Positions 18,430 through 27,728 are shown, counted from the stretch's first letter. The stretch: DNA of 64,000 bases from an archaeon (GCA_018697035.1 JABHSE010000004.1:63122-127121), one strand, 5' to 3'. The notes: generated from the letters alone by a model not told the origin. Numbers and translations: made by a program.

Positions 18430-20667
18430 TTATTCCTCATCCCCAAACTCCCCAACAATCTCCAAAATCTTCTCTCCATACTTCATCAACTTCTCAGGCC
18501 CAATCCCCGAAACCTTCATCAACTCCTCAGCGTCCTTAGGCATCCTCTCCGCAATCTCATCAATAGTAGCATTAGACAAAACAACAAACGCTGAAACCCC
18601 ACGCTCACTACTAACAACCGCCCTCCAGCTCTTCAATTCCCCAACCAAGCCTTCATCAACATCAGCAGCCTTACCCCCAACCCCCAACTCCAAACCCCCA
18701 ACCAGTCTTCTCATCTCCGCAGTAATATAATAAGTCGCCTTCTTAGTATGCGTCACAATCAACTCTTCCTTCGCCCGAGAAACCGCAACATAAAACAACC
18801 TCCTCTCCTCTTCCTCCCTGTCATAATCATCCATCTTCACCATCTCGACCGCAGGGTGATCCGTCGCCTTACACGGAAAATTGGACTCATTGGCCCCAAT
18901 CACAAAAACCTTTTTCGCCTCCAGCCCCTTAATCGCATGAACAGTGGCAAGAGTAACACCTTCCACATTATCACCATTGACTTTCTTCCCCGCCGACTCA
19001 TCTGCCCGAACAACATGAACAATCCCCCTCGCTGTCATAGCCCTAGACAACTCTAACAATATCTTATTAGTCCGAGCCAAAACAAAAATATTATTCAACC
19101 CAACATCAGAATCCTCAATCTCCCTCAAAACAAAATCACGTTCCGCATCCTCATTAGAAAAATCCTCAATCCTAATCTTCGCCTCACCTTCAAGATGTCC
19201 CTCTAAATCAGGCAACTTCATATCCCGAATAGCATGGTTCATAAAATCAACCACTCCCCCAAAACTCCGATAATTCTTCTTCAAATGAATAATCTCAATA
19301 CCTTTTTCGTTAGGTCCGCGTCCATCCGCGTCCATCCGCGGTTCATTTTTTCCCTTTCCAAAATCATCCTCAAAATTAAGAATATAATTTACATCACTCC
19401 CCCTCCATCCAAAAATAGACTGCCGTGGATCACCAACTGCAAAAAGATTGCCCAATAAAGACGGCACATCAGTGCCCATTTTAGAGGGTACACTATTACG
19501 TGTGGCTTCTAAAAGCAACCCAATCAACTCAATCTGCATCGCATTAACATCCTGATACTCATCAACCAAAACATGCTCAAGCCTAGGTATACCATCCGGA
19601 TTATCTTTAAAAAATTTAATAGCGTCAATAATCTGGTCACTATAATCCCGCAACCCCTGCGTCTCCATATGCTCCTTCAAATATTTCGTAATTCGGTAAA
19701 TCCTCTCCGCATTAACCCGTTCTTTCCCGTCAACATCCCGAGTCCAATCATAATCAGTCTTACCACTCACTTTAAAATAATCCATCACAGCAAAACAATC
19801 ATTCATAAAAGCATTAGACAACTGACTCGCCGTTCGAAACTTCTTCTGTCCCGCACTAAAATACTCATCAACAATCTGCTCCATATCCAACCCCAGCGTC
19901 GCCAAAGCCATATTCATCGCCAAAATCTTATCACTATAACTCTGCACCCGAACCTGCCTACCATAAATCTTAGCACCGTGCCTCTGCAAAATCCTCTCAC
20001 AAAACGAATTAAAAGTGTGAACCTTAACACCAACAACACCCAACTCCCCCAACCTCCTCTCCATCTCCATCCTTGCCTTCCGCGTAAAAGTAATAGCCAA
20101 AATCTTCGAGGCATCAACCCCTCGATGCTTAACCAAAAACTCAATCCTCTTAGTCAAAACTGTCGTCTTCCCACTTCCAGCTCCAGCAACACAAAGCAAA
20201 TTTTTAGCATCCGAAACAATTGCCTTCTTCTGCTCATCATTATACATCTCCAAAAAATCCCCATACTTCTCAAACCTAACCCTATCATCCCCATTAACTT
20301 TGCTCTCCCCAAAATCAACACGATTCCCCAACCTTTTCGCCTCAAGCGTCGGACGCGTAATCTCATTCCTCCCACGAATAGTCAAACTCATAACCTTAAC
20401 AAACCGATTATAATCACTCTGAATCATCTCAATCATTCCATTCGAAATCAACCTATCAATCTCTCCCGCAACCTTACCTCTATCCCAACTCAAACTGTCA
20501 AAATTATCCAACTCATCCAACCGACTTTTACTAATCGACTTGTTAGAATAATCCCCAGTCAAAAAATCAATCAACAAATTCCGTCCCACCTGAAACGGCA
20601 ACTCCATCAAGGCCCTCAATATATGTGTGTATTTCAAATCCTCTTCCATCACGCAAAAAACAAACAC
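18430..20667 (-). CDS. UvrD/PcrA-family DNA helicase with N-terminal wHTH-like and C-terminal HhH/HRDC-like regions (start may be MEEDLKY at 20649)
   Basis: Walker A AGAGSGKTTVL, VDEYQDVN, GDPRQSIFGWRGS, VTLATVHAIKGLE. Confidence 0.85.
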   Translation of the reverse strand: MFVFCVMEEDLKYTHILRALMELPFQVGRNLLIDFLTGDYSNKSISKSRLDELDNFDSLSWDRGKVAGEIDRLISNGMIEMIQSDYNRFVKVMSLTIRGRNEITRPTLEAKRLGNRVDFGESKVNGDDRVRFEKYGDFLEMYNDEQKKAIVSDAKNLLCVAGAGSGKTTVLTKRIEFLVKHRGVDASKILAITFTRKARMEMERRLGELGVVGVKVHTFNSFCERILQRHGAKIYGRQVRVQSYSDKILAMNMALATLGLDMEQIVDEYFSAGQKKFRTASQLSNAFMNDCFAVMDYFKVSGKTDYDWTRDVDGKERVNAERIYRITKYLKEHMETQGLRDYSDQIIDAIKFFKDNPDGIPRLEHVLVDEYQDVNAMQIELIGLLLEATRNSVPSKMGTDVPSLLGNLFAVGDPRQSIFGWRGSDVNYILNFEDDFGKGKNEPRMDADGRGPNEKGIEIIHLKKNYRSFGGVVDFMNHAIRDMKLPDLEGHLEGEAKIRIEDFSNEDAERDFVLREIEDSDVGLNNIFVLARTNKILLELSRAMTARGIVHVVRADESAGKKVNGDNVEGVTLATVHAIKGLEAKKVFVIGANESNFPCKATDHPAVEMVKMDDYDREEEERRLFYVAVSRAKEELIVTHTKKATYYITAEMRRLVGGLELGVGGKAADVDEGLVGELKSWRAVVSSERGVSAFVVLSNATIDEIAERMPKDAEELMKVSGIGPEKLMKYGEKILEIVGEFGDEE
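18679..18704 (-). repeat. F2 G-rich in-frame repeat copy in the helicase gene
   Basis: aacccccaactccaaacccccaacca is 25 of 26 nt identical to 6689-6714 and is read as LVGGLELGV. Confidence 0.8.
19448..19503 (-). repeat. F1 in-frame repeat copy in the helicase gene
   Basis: ttgcccaataaagacggcacatcagtgcccattttagagggtacactattacgtgt encodes TRNSVPSKMGTDVPSLLG. It sits between the VDEYQD box and NLFAVGDPRQS. Confidence 0.85.
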
Positions 20668-20673
20668 CAGCTT

Positions 20674-21612
20674 TTAAGTTTTATTAGAGTCTACAATCAT
20701 CTCAACAATATTATTATCCTTCCGAATTTCCCTTAGAGTATCCCCATAATCAACAACAAACTCCAAAACATCAACACTACTCTTAGGCATATTCATATTC
20801 TCAACCCGCAAAGTCCGACCATACCCAATCCCAATCTCACCCAACTCAACAACATCGACAACATCACCATCGGCAAAAATTGTCAAATCAATCTCAACAA
20901 CATCCAACAACCCCTCATTTAAAATTGAAATATTAAAATCCAAATCCCTCCCCTTCACAATCCCATCCACACTCTCAATCTTAATATCAGCCAACGCCTC
21001 AATCGAATACAAGTCAACCATCAAGTCAACCATATCCTCACTCATCCGCTGCTCACAGTCAGAGGTATTATACATAATATTTTTAGGGTCATCACTATGA
21101 GAAAATCCAAAAACATGTCCCAATTCATGTAACGCAACAATCGGATAATCACAATCATTCCCATTATACAAAAGAACCTTCCCTTCCTCAATCACTTTAA
21201 ACCCACTTGTATTAATAATTCTCGAAGGTCCACCCTCGCCAGCAGCAAACAAATTATCACCCAATTCAATAAACTCATCCGAACATCCAACCTTGATATC
21301 AGAAGTTTCATCACCTTCAAAAAACGAAACAATACCAACCTCATCACTAAAAATACCAAGAGATTCAATCATCATGCCTCTCCTATCCTCATCACAATCA
21401 CTCTCAATAAAATATGAAATAAAATTATGATTAAACCTCAAGCTCTCAGCAAAAACAGGAACCGCTCCATAATTAATAATCTCAACACTCTCAGGCTCAA
21501 CATAATTAACTTTCAACTCCACCGGATCTCTCGGTAAGTTCTCAATCATAAACGCAAAACTAAAAACAAACATTAAAAAAATCACAATAGACGATATCAC
21601 CTTCCAAATCAT
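20674..21612 (-). CDS. secreted/anchored zinc metalloprotease (metzincin, matrixin-like)
   Basis: HELGHVFGFSH zinc motif followed by a Met-turn-like NIMY; N-terminal TM anchor. Confidence 0.75.
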   Translation of the reverse strand: MIWKVISSIVIFLMFVFSFAFMIENLPRDPVELKVNYVEPESVEIINYGAVPVFAESLRFNHNFISYFIESDCDEDRRGMMIESLGIFSDEVGIVSFFEGDETSDIKVGCSDEFIELGDNLFAAGEGGPSRIINTSGFKVIEEGKVLLYNGNDCDYPIVALHELGHVFGFSHSDDPKNIMYNTSDCEQRMSEDMVDLMVDLYSIEALADIKIESVDGIVKGRDLDFNISILNEGLLDVVEIDLTIFADGDVVDVVELGEIGIGYGRTLRVENMNMPKSSVDVLEFVVDYGDTLREIRKDNNIVEMIVDSNKT

Positions 21613-21647
21613 TACATTCTAAATCAAAATCACTATATATTACTTTC

Positions 21648-22322
21648 TTATAACCTAATATTAGCCTTAGCAATTTCGCATTTCGCAGCGGCACCCCTTC
21701 TCTTAGCCATAAAATAATTATCAGGTGTAACTCCCTCGCTAGGCATTTCCCCATTTTCCATAGCAGTTATCCAAGAGTTAACTATAGGTCCATCCTGTGT
21801 TACAACAGCAGTTTTCTTTCCAGTCCTAGCTGTCCAATATCCAGTCTTCAAAAGACTCCTATCTCTACCAGACAAATCCTTATACCAACTAGATCTTTCC
21901 ATATCATGCATACAACCAACATAATTATCAGCAGAAGCAAATTTATCAAAAATTAAACCCCCGGTCCTAAACTTTCTATATAAGTCCATCCTAGCATTCC
22001 ATAAATTTTTACCAAGAGTACCCTTGGAAGCACAATAATCCTTAACTTCATCACATAAAAATTCTCTACAAATACCAGGAGTTAAATAAATATTTTTCTT
22101 ACTCTGAACAATTGAAGACAATTTCCTAATACAATCAATTTCATGTTCCTGCTCAGATGAAACCCCACCTAGAGTAATATAGCCAAAAACAGCACAATTA
22201 TCAAGAAGAACTATATCACAATCATCAGCGATAGTCGCAAGAGAAACTAATCGCTTGTTTCTATTCTTAGCCATTTCCCTTTTCTTCTTTTTACTCATTC
22301 CCATAAAAAAACTAGACATCAT
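21648..22322 (-). CDS. hypothetical protein
   Basis: 224-aa ORF whose composition differs from neighbouring core genes. Confidence 0.5.
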   Translation of the reverse strand: MMSSFFMGMSKKKKREMAKNRNKRLVSLATIADDCDIVLLDNCAVFGYITLGGVSSEQEHEIDCIRKLSSIVQSKKNIYLTPGICREFLCDEVKDYCASKGTLGKNLWNARMDLYRKFRTGGLIFDKFASADNYVGCMHDMERSSWYKDLSGRDRSLLKTGYWTARTGKKTAVVTQDGPIVNSWITAMENGEMPSEGVTPDNYFMAKRRGAAAKCEIAKANIRL

Positions 22323-22364
22323 CTATTTATAAAGTTATCCCATGTAACTACTGCTAGGTTATAA

Positions 22365-23219
22365 CTAATCCTTTTTCATAATTCTCTCAACATCCTCAAC
22401 ATCCCGAGCTTCAATCAAAGCCATTCGCAACCTCTTCCCCCCAACCAACCCCTTGCTAAAATTCATAGCCTGATACTTAATCTGCCGAAAAAACAAACCA
22501 AACTTCCGAGCCAACTCCAAATATTTCCCAAACGAAACATCTCCCTTATCCCCAAAAACTTCAGGATGTCCAATAGCCAACCTACCCAACATAACAAAAT
22601 CAAAATCCTTCAAAATCTTATCAACACACTCAAACCTAGAAACCCCCGAAAAAATAACTGGTATACCACTCCGCTTCTTAACCTTCAAAGCAAACTCATA
22701 ATCAACATCCCCACTATATCCTTGTGAAACAGTTCGAGCGTGAATACAAATCGCATCAACCCCAACCTCTTCACAAATCCTCAAAATATCAAACGCCAAA
22801 TCACTCTTCCGAATCTTAACAGTCAAAGGCTTATCAGTACAACTCCGCATAACTTCTAATATCTCCCGAATAACAATAACATCACTCAAGCAAGCCCCAT
22901 GCCCCAACCTCTTAGAAAGCTTAGATGGACAACCCAAATTAAAATCCCAACCCCTCACTTCACTATCATACCTCCTCATAAAAGATTCAATCCCCTTAGA
23001 CGAATTCCCAAACAACTGCAACATCGGCCTATCATCCAAATCCAACTTCTTCCTAGACAAAGCTGAAGTCATCCCAGTCCAAGTCAAGCCACAACCAGCC
23101 CTCTTACAAAGCAATCGAAACGCAACATCATTAGGTTCAAGCATCGGAGCAAGAAAAACACGACTCTTTAATTCAAGATTCCCAATTCTACATTCCATAA
23201 AAACAAAAGACAGAATCAA
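22365..23219 (-). CDS. tRNA-dihydrouridine synthase (Dus family)
   Basis: FLAPM...DVAFR, LQLFG and DFNLGCPS motifs of the FMN TIM-barrel Dus enzymes. Confidence 0.75.
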   Translation of the reverse strand: MILSFVFMECRIGNLELKSRVFLAPMLEPNDVAFRLLCKRAGCGLTWTGMTSALSRKKLDLDDRPMLQLFGNSSKGIESFMRRYDSEVRGWDFNLGCPSKLSKRLGHGACLSDVIVIREILEVMRSCTDKPLTVKIRKSDLAFDILRICEEVGVDAICIHARTVSQGYSGDVDYEFALKVKKRSGIPVIFSGVSRFECVDKILKDFDFVMLGRLAIGHPEVFGDKGDVSFGKYLELARKFGLFFRQIKYQAMNFSKGLVGGKRLRMALIEARDVEDVERIMKKD

Positions 23220-23288
23220 TTTATTAACCTGCCCATAATAACAATAATCTAAAAAAATAAACTAGGAATAAATTCCTAATAATATAAC

Positions 23289-24329
23289 CTAAGGATAAGC
23301 CATAGCAGCAACATAGTCATCCACAGGAGCAGGTTCAGCCATAGCAGGAGCAACATAGTCATCCACAGGAGCAGGTTCAGCCATAGCAGGAGCAACAGGC
23401 TCAATCATAGGAATAACAGGTTCAACCACAGGAGCAACATAGTCATCCATAACAGGTTCAACCACAGGAACATCCGTCTGAATATTAGCTCCCATAAGAT
23501 TTATCACTTGACTCTCAAGTTGACTAATTCGACTCTCAAGTTGACTAATTCTAATTTCCCAGTCACTAACAGAATCACTATTACCGTCAATAGCGGGATT
23601 ATACATCGCCACATTTCCGGTAGCAACATCATCCAAAGTCCCAGATTCAAAAACAGAATTTTTCCCCGCCTGAATTTTCTCATTAACTTCATTACTCAAA
23701 CTCAAAAAAGTTTCATAAGATATCTCTAAATTCCCAGTCTTTTCTATATCAGCACCACTTGATTGAAGGTTCTTACGAGCACGTGCATATATCTGCTCAA
23801 CACGATCCTTATGATTATTAAACTCACTTTGAATTTCGGCAATCTTTTTTAAGCCATTACTGGAACCATTATCAATCTTACCAGGTTTAATGCCTTCAAT
23901 GATCGTCATAACCTCAGCAATGAGTTTCTCATATTTCTTTTGCATTTTCATATAAGCTTCACTATCCTCATTAACTAATATCTCAGCTTCAGACAACATT
24001 TTCTCTGCCCTACCTAAGACTTGCTTAACTTTTTTCTCTTTATTAAAAGTAAACAAAGACTGTAAGCGATCTGCATTGTTTTCAAAAAATCCGATTTTCC
24101 TAGCTTCACCTATGTCACCAATCTCCCCAGGGACAACATAATCAGCAACAGGAGCAACATCATCCATAGCAACAGGAGCAACGTCACCCACAGCAGGCTC
24201 AACATAATCAGCAACAGGAGGAACATAGTTATCCATAGCAACAGGAGCAACATCATCCACAGCTACAACAAGACCAGAAACTCCAAGCATTAAAATCATC
24301 CCCAAAAACAAATTAATTATTTTATTCAT
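23289..24329 (-). CDS. secreted repeat protein, paralog of 24475..25569
   Basis: Signal peptide, shared core ARKIGFFE..DRL...FTFNKEKK, and APV/DDYV repeats at both ends. Confidence 0.6.
   Translation of the reverse strand: MNKIINLFLGMILMLGVSGLVVAVDDVAPVAMDNYVPPVADYVEPAVGDVAPVAMDDVAPVADYVVPGEIGDIGEARKIGFFENNADRLQSLFTFNKEKKVKQVLGRAEKMLSEAEILVNEDSEAYMKMQKKYEKLIAEVMTIIEGIKPGKIDNGSSNGLKKIAEIQSEFNNHKDRVEQIYARARKNLQSSGADIEKTGNLEISYETFLSLSNEVNEKIQAGKNSVFESGTLDDVATGNVAMYNPAIDGNSDSVSDWEIRISQLESRISQLESQVINLMGANIQTDVPVVEPVMDDYVAPVVEPVIPMIEPVAPAMAEPAPVDDYVAPAMAEPAPVDDYVAAMAYP
23301..23395. repeat. tandem repeat with a unit of about 42 bp inside 23289..24329
   Basis: catagcaggagcaacatagtcatccacaggagcaggttcagc is repeated and encodes the duplicated APAMAEPAPVDDYVA. 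Confidence 0.8.
23510..23551. repeat. perfect 21-bp tandem duplication inside 23289..24329
   Basis: gactctcaagttgactaattc x2, encoding RISQLES x2. Confidence 0.9.
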
Positions 24330-24474
24330 AATATAATACCTCCTTTCAACATAACAGATACAAACAAGACTAATTTATAACTCTATCTAAAACTAAACTA
24401 GGTTAGTCTCTAACAGACCCAGTACCCTTCCCAAAAAAATAAAAAAATAAAAATTTATTTTAACATCGTAAAAC

Positions 24475-25569
24475 TTAAGCAGCAATCGAGTTAGCACCAG
24501 TCGAGGTTCCAGTAGAACCTACCACACATGTTCCTAAAACATCCGCAGCACATCCATCACAATACTCAAGAACTAATCCGCTACAACAAGGAGTTGCTCC
24601 AGTAGAGGATGTTTCACTAACGTAAACAGTTTCCCCTTCTGCCGCGCATTTCAAAGTTGGATCATTAGTAGCTTTTCCATTAGCACTTCCGTCACTGTTA
24701 CGAAGACGCATTTTAGCGATGTTTTTCTTAAGAGCACCAGAATCATCCATTCGTATCTCTCGAGCCCCAGTCAAACCTTCACTGTTCTCAATCTGACTTA
24801 CAAATTCTTCAAGATCCTCTTCACTCATTTCTCCTAAAGCCTTATGTTTTAGAAGGATATTGGCCTTCTTTTTCATAATTCGCTCTTCAATATTCCCAGT
24901 TCTATTAGAATATCTCTCATAAGCTTTTTCCAGTCTTTCAACCTTTTCTGCATCAGCACCATTAGCTTCTAATCTATCATAAGCACGAGCATATAACTTT
25001 TCAGCATTATCTTGATGTTTTTCAAATCTATTTTGAACACGCACAATCCTTTCTATATCTCCAGCAGAAGATTTGTTATTCTGAGCTCTAGATTCCATTG
25101 CTTCAAGAACCTTTTCAGCTTTAGCTACAAGTTCATTATACCTAGCCTGCGCCTTCTCATAAGCCTCAGGATCTTCCTCGGCCAAAAGTTCAGCCTCAGC
25201 CAATTTCTTCTCAGCCATATTCAAAGCCATCTCAATTTTCTTCTCCTTATTAAAAGTAAAAGCTAATCTCAAACGGTCCATCCTATCTTCGAAAAACCCA
25301 ATTTTTCTTGCAACAACAACACCAGTAGAATCAATAGTGGTAGGATTGATCTCTTCATTTAAAGTATCTTCAGAACATATAAACTCACAATTAGGCCCAG
25401 TCCTTCCAACAGAAATACCATCATCACAAATTTTCGCATCCATAGCACATACAATCGAATTCTCACTTATAGTTGAACTATCGTTTTCATCTTCAGCAAC
25501 AACAAAGCTAAAAGTTCCAATCATTAAAAACATCAATACAAATAATCCAGTTATTTTTTTCATTTTCAT
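24475..25569 (-). CDS. secreted Cys-rich protein, paralog of 23289..24329
   Basis: Signal peptide, the same ARKIGFFEDRMDRL..FTFNKEKK core, and Cys-rich termini. Confidence 0.6.
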   Translation of the reverse strand: MKMKKITGLFVLMFLMIGTFSFVVAEDENDSSTISENSIVCAMDAKICDDGISVGRTGPNCEFICSEDTLNEEINPTTIDSTGVVVARKIGFFEDRMDRLRLAFTFNKEKKIEMALNMAEKKLAEAELLAEEDPEAYEKAQARYNELVAKAEKVLEAMESRAQNNKSSAGDIERIVRVQNRFEKHQDNAEKLYARAYDRLEANGADAEKVERLEKAYERYSNRTGNIEERIMKKKANILLKHKALGEMSEEDLEEFVSQIENSEGLTGAREIRMDDSGALKKNIAKMRLRNSDGSANGKATNDPTLKCAAEGETVYVSETSSTGATPCCSGLVLEYCDGCAADVLGTCVVGSTGTSTGANSIAA

Positions 25570-25699
25570 TATTATATATTACCCCCTTTCAACAAGTTAA
25601 ATCTAATTAACTCCCTGCAGTAACCTAGTAAATTTTCCACCTTCATAACATCTTCAGATAAAAACACTATATAACAACCACCTGAAACTAATTGAAACC

Positions 25700-25757
25700 T
25701 TGCCGACCTTGTCTGCGTAGCAGATGCCCTCTAGGCAGGAGGTACACCCTTGGGTGT
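25700..25757 (-). repeat. diverged intergenic F1-like copy
   Basis: ttgccgaccttgtctgcgtagcagatgccctctaggcaggaggtacacccttgggtgt has TTGCCGA at the start, a central hairpin TCTGC-GTA-GCAGA, then GGAGGTACAC and a terminal hairpin ACACCC-TT-GGGTGT. Confidence 0.5.
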
Positions 25758-25761
25758 TTAC

Positions 25762-26529
25762 CTATCTAGCTCTGCGCAGCTTAACCCTATTCTCTCTTCC
25801 AAAATTCTCCTTCTCAACAATCCCCTTCTCAACCAAACTCCGAACCTTCCGAGTACACATCACCTTAGATATCCCAAGCTCCCGAACCAAATACTTCATC
25901 CAACAACTCTTCCGCTTCGCCAACAACTCAACAATCCTCTTCTCATCCCCAAACAAATTATGACTAACCAACTCTTTTTTTGCACCCCTATCTTTAGTTT
26001 TGTTTTCCCTGTTGAGTTTCTTAATCTTATTAGAGAACTTCCTTTTCTCTAAAACAAAAAAACCAATACCCAAAAAAACCAGACCAGTAATACCAACCCA
26101 AAACCAAAAATAAGAATTCTCAAATCCCTCGTAAAAAACAATAACCTCATTTTTATCAATATCTCTCCACTCCAAAATGATACTAGTGCCATCACTAGAA
26201 ATCTCATAACCCTTAGGGTAGACTAAGTCATCAACCAAAACATAACCCTGCGGCAAATAAACTTCCAAATCATAATCCAAATCAACAACTCTTGGCAAAA
26301 CAAAAATCCATTCACCATCTTTTCGAATAAAGTCTCTAGTAATAAAACTAACTTCACTACCCTTCTCCTCCAACAAAGAATACTCCTCGGGCAAAATCAC
26401 ACTCGCTCCATTACTAAGCTCGACCTCAACCAAAACTTTATCATCAACAATAATACATGTCACGCTAGTAGCCGAAACAAACCCCAATAAGCAGACCAGG
26501 ACAATCAACAGTTCAAACCTCATATTCAT
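25762..26529 (-). CDS. membrane-anchored protein with C-terminal winged-helix DNA-binding domain (start trimmed to MNMRFELL)
   Basis: Signal/TM, extracytoplasmic domain, TM, then a MarR/TrmB-like wHTH (IVELLAKRK...LVRELGISKVMCTRKVRSLVEKGIV). The track N-terminus overlaps the upstream gene and looks spurious. Confidence 0.55.
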   Translation of the reverse strand: MNMRFELLIVLVCLLGFVSATSVTCIIVDDKVLVEVELSNGASVILPEEYSLLEEKGSEVSFITRDFIRKDGEWIFVLPRVVDLDYDLEVYLPQGYVLVDDLVYPKGYEISSDGTSIILEWRDIDKNEVIVFYEGFENSYFWFWVGITGLVFLGIGFFVLEKRKFSNKIKKLNRENKTKDRGAKKELVSHNLFGDEKRIVELLAKRKSCWMKYLVRELGISKVMCTRKVRSLVEKGIVEKENFGRENRVKLRRAR

Positions 26530-27184
26530 ACACCTTATCATATGGAATAAACCACTGCACCACGCTCTTCTTATGTGCCTTCTCCATAATCTTCCGAAAC
26601 AATCGAATCGAATTCCCATGCGCCGAAATCGCAACATTCACCTCATTCTTCCTCATAAACTTTTTCAAATCTTTGATAAATCTCCCCACCCTCTTCTCGA
26701 CATCCGCAAACGACTCACCATTCGGAGCCGCAACCTTATACCCTCGATGAATAGCCTTATACTCTTCTGTCCCAAAAAACTCCTCAATCTTTTTCCTATT
26801 CCTCTTATCCAAACTCACAACGAAATCCCCATGCGTCCTCAAATCATAACTCCGCTTCCCAATCCTATCAACAAACTGCTCATGCGTCGTCCCCTGCAAA
26901 TCCCCATAACTACGCTCAATCATTCTATCATCCTCCAAAACAATTCGACACTCATCATGCCCCCTCAGAACAGGCTTCAAAGTATCCTTAGACCTAGATA
27001 ACCTCGTATGAATCGCAACCTCAAACTTCTTACTCTTCAACTTTTTAGCAACAATATTAGCATGCTTCTTCCCCTCCGCCGTCAACCTAGAATCCATCCA
27101 ACCAGTAAACCGACCATCCCGATTAAACGTCGTCTTCCCGTGCCTAAATAAATAGATATGAAATTTTTTATTTTTCCTAAACAT
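26513..27184 (-). CDS. histidine phosphatase family protein (dPGM-like)
   Basis: LFRHGKTTFN...FTGW RHG motif and the downstream SAHGNSIR. Confidence 0.8.
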   Translation of the reverse strand: MFRKNKKFHIYLFRHGKTTFNRDGRFTGWMDSRLTAEGKKHANIVAKKLKSKKFEVAIHTRLSRSKDTLKPVLRGHDECRIVLEDDRMIERSYGDLQGTTHEQFVDRIGKRSYDLRTHGDFVVSLDKRNRKKIEEFFGTEEYKAIHRGYKVAAPNGESFADVEKRVGRFIKDLKKFMRKNEVNVAISAHGNSIRLFRKIMEKAHKKSVVQWFIPYDKVYEYEV

Positions 27185-27217
27185 AACGACATCCCTCAGT
27201 TAAATTAGTAAATATTG

Positions 27218-27330
27218 CCAAGCCCCCAGCGAAGCTGACCCCCCCACGAAGTGAACCCCCCACGAAGTGAACCCCCCACGGAAATTTATTTTCGTGAGCC
27301 ACCCCGAAAGACAAAGTCTTTCGCTGCCTC
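27218..27330. repeat. GC-rich intergenic element (family F3) with 17-bp tandem units and two hairpins
   Basis: ccagcgaagctgacc, then acgaagtgaacccccc x2, then hairpin CGAAAGAC-AA-GTCTTTCG (27305-27323). The tail resembles 39138-39160. Confidence 0.6.
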
Positions 27331-27407
27331 TTTCTTTTTCTAAACATAATAGATAGTAGCATCTCACATATAAAAACATTTTTATAACTCCTCAACCTTA
27401 ACAAATC

Positions 27408-27728
27408 ATGATAGCTCAATGGATAGCAGTCGCAGTTTTAATTTTCCTAGGTTTCGCTTATTTAAAACTTGAACATCACGGCAACAAAATAAGAATCGCA
27501 ATAATTCTAATAGTAGGAGCAATACTCTATTTTTCAATAATAGGCCACTTCAACACACAAGAAATCGACATAACATCCCCACGAGGAATCGTCAACTCAG
27601 TCTATCTCTACTTCGGCTGGATCGGCAGCACCGCATCATCACTATGGGACATCGGAGTCGACACAACACATATGGTAGGCAATGCAATAAAGATCAACGA
27701 CACAGAAGAAACAAAAAAAACAAGATAA
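27408..27728 (+). CDS. small membrane protein
   Basis: 106-aa ORF with three TM-like segments. Confidence 0.5.
   Translation: MIAQWIAVAVLIFLGFAYLKLEHHGNKIRIAIILIVGAILYFSIIGHFNTQEIDITSPRGIVNSVYLYFGWIGSTASSLWDIGVDTTHMVGNAIKINDTEETKKTR

Noticed and set aside
19573-20736. 387-aa plus-strand ORF. Similar long ORFs occur at 48236-49495, 51873-52718, 38151-38840, 8128-8724, 29264-29746, 6680-7132, 31160-31801 and 36946-37314.
   Set aside because: All lie antisense to, and nested within, ORFs with clear homology (helicase, HisRS, topo IB, UMP kinase, TFE and others). Their translations are N/P/Q/T/H/K/I/L low-complexity. The G- and T-poor plus strand simply contains few stop codons.
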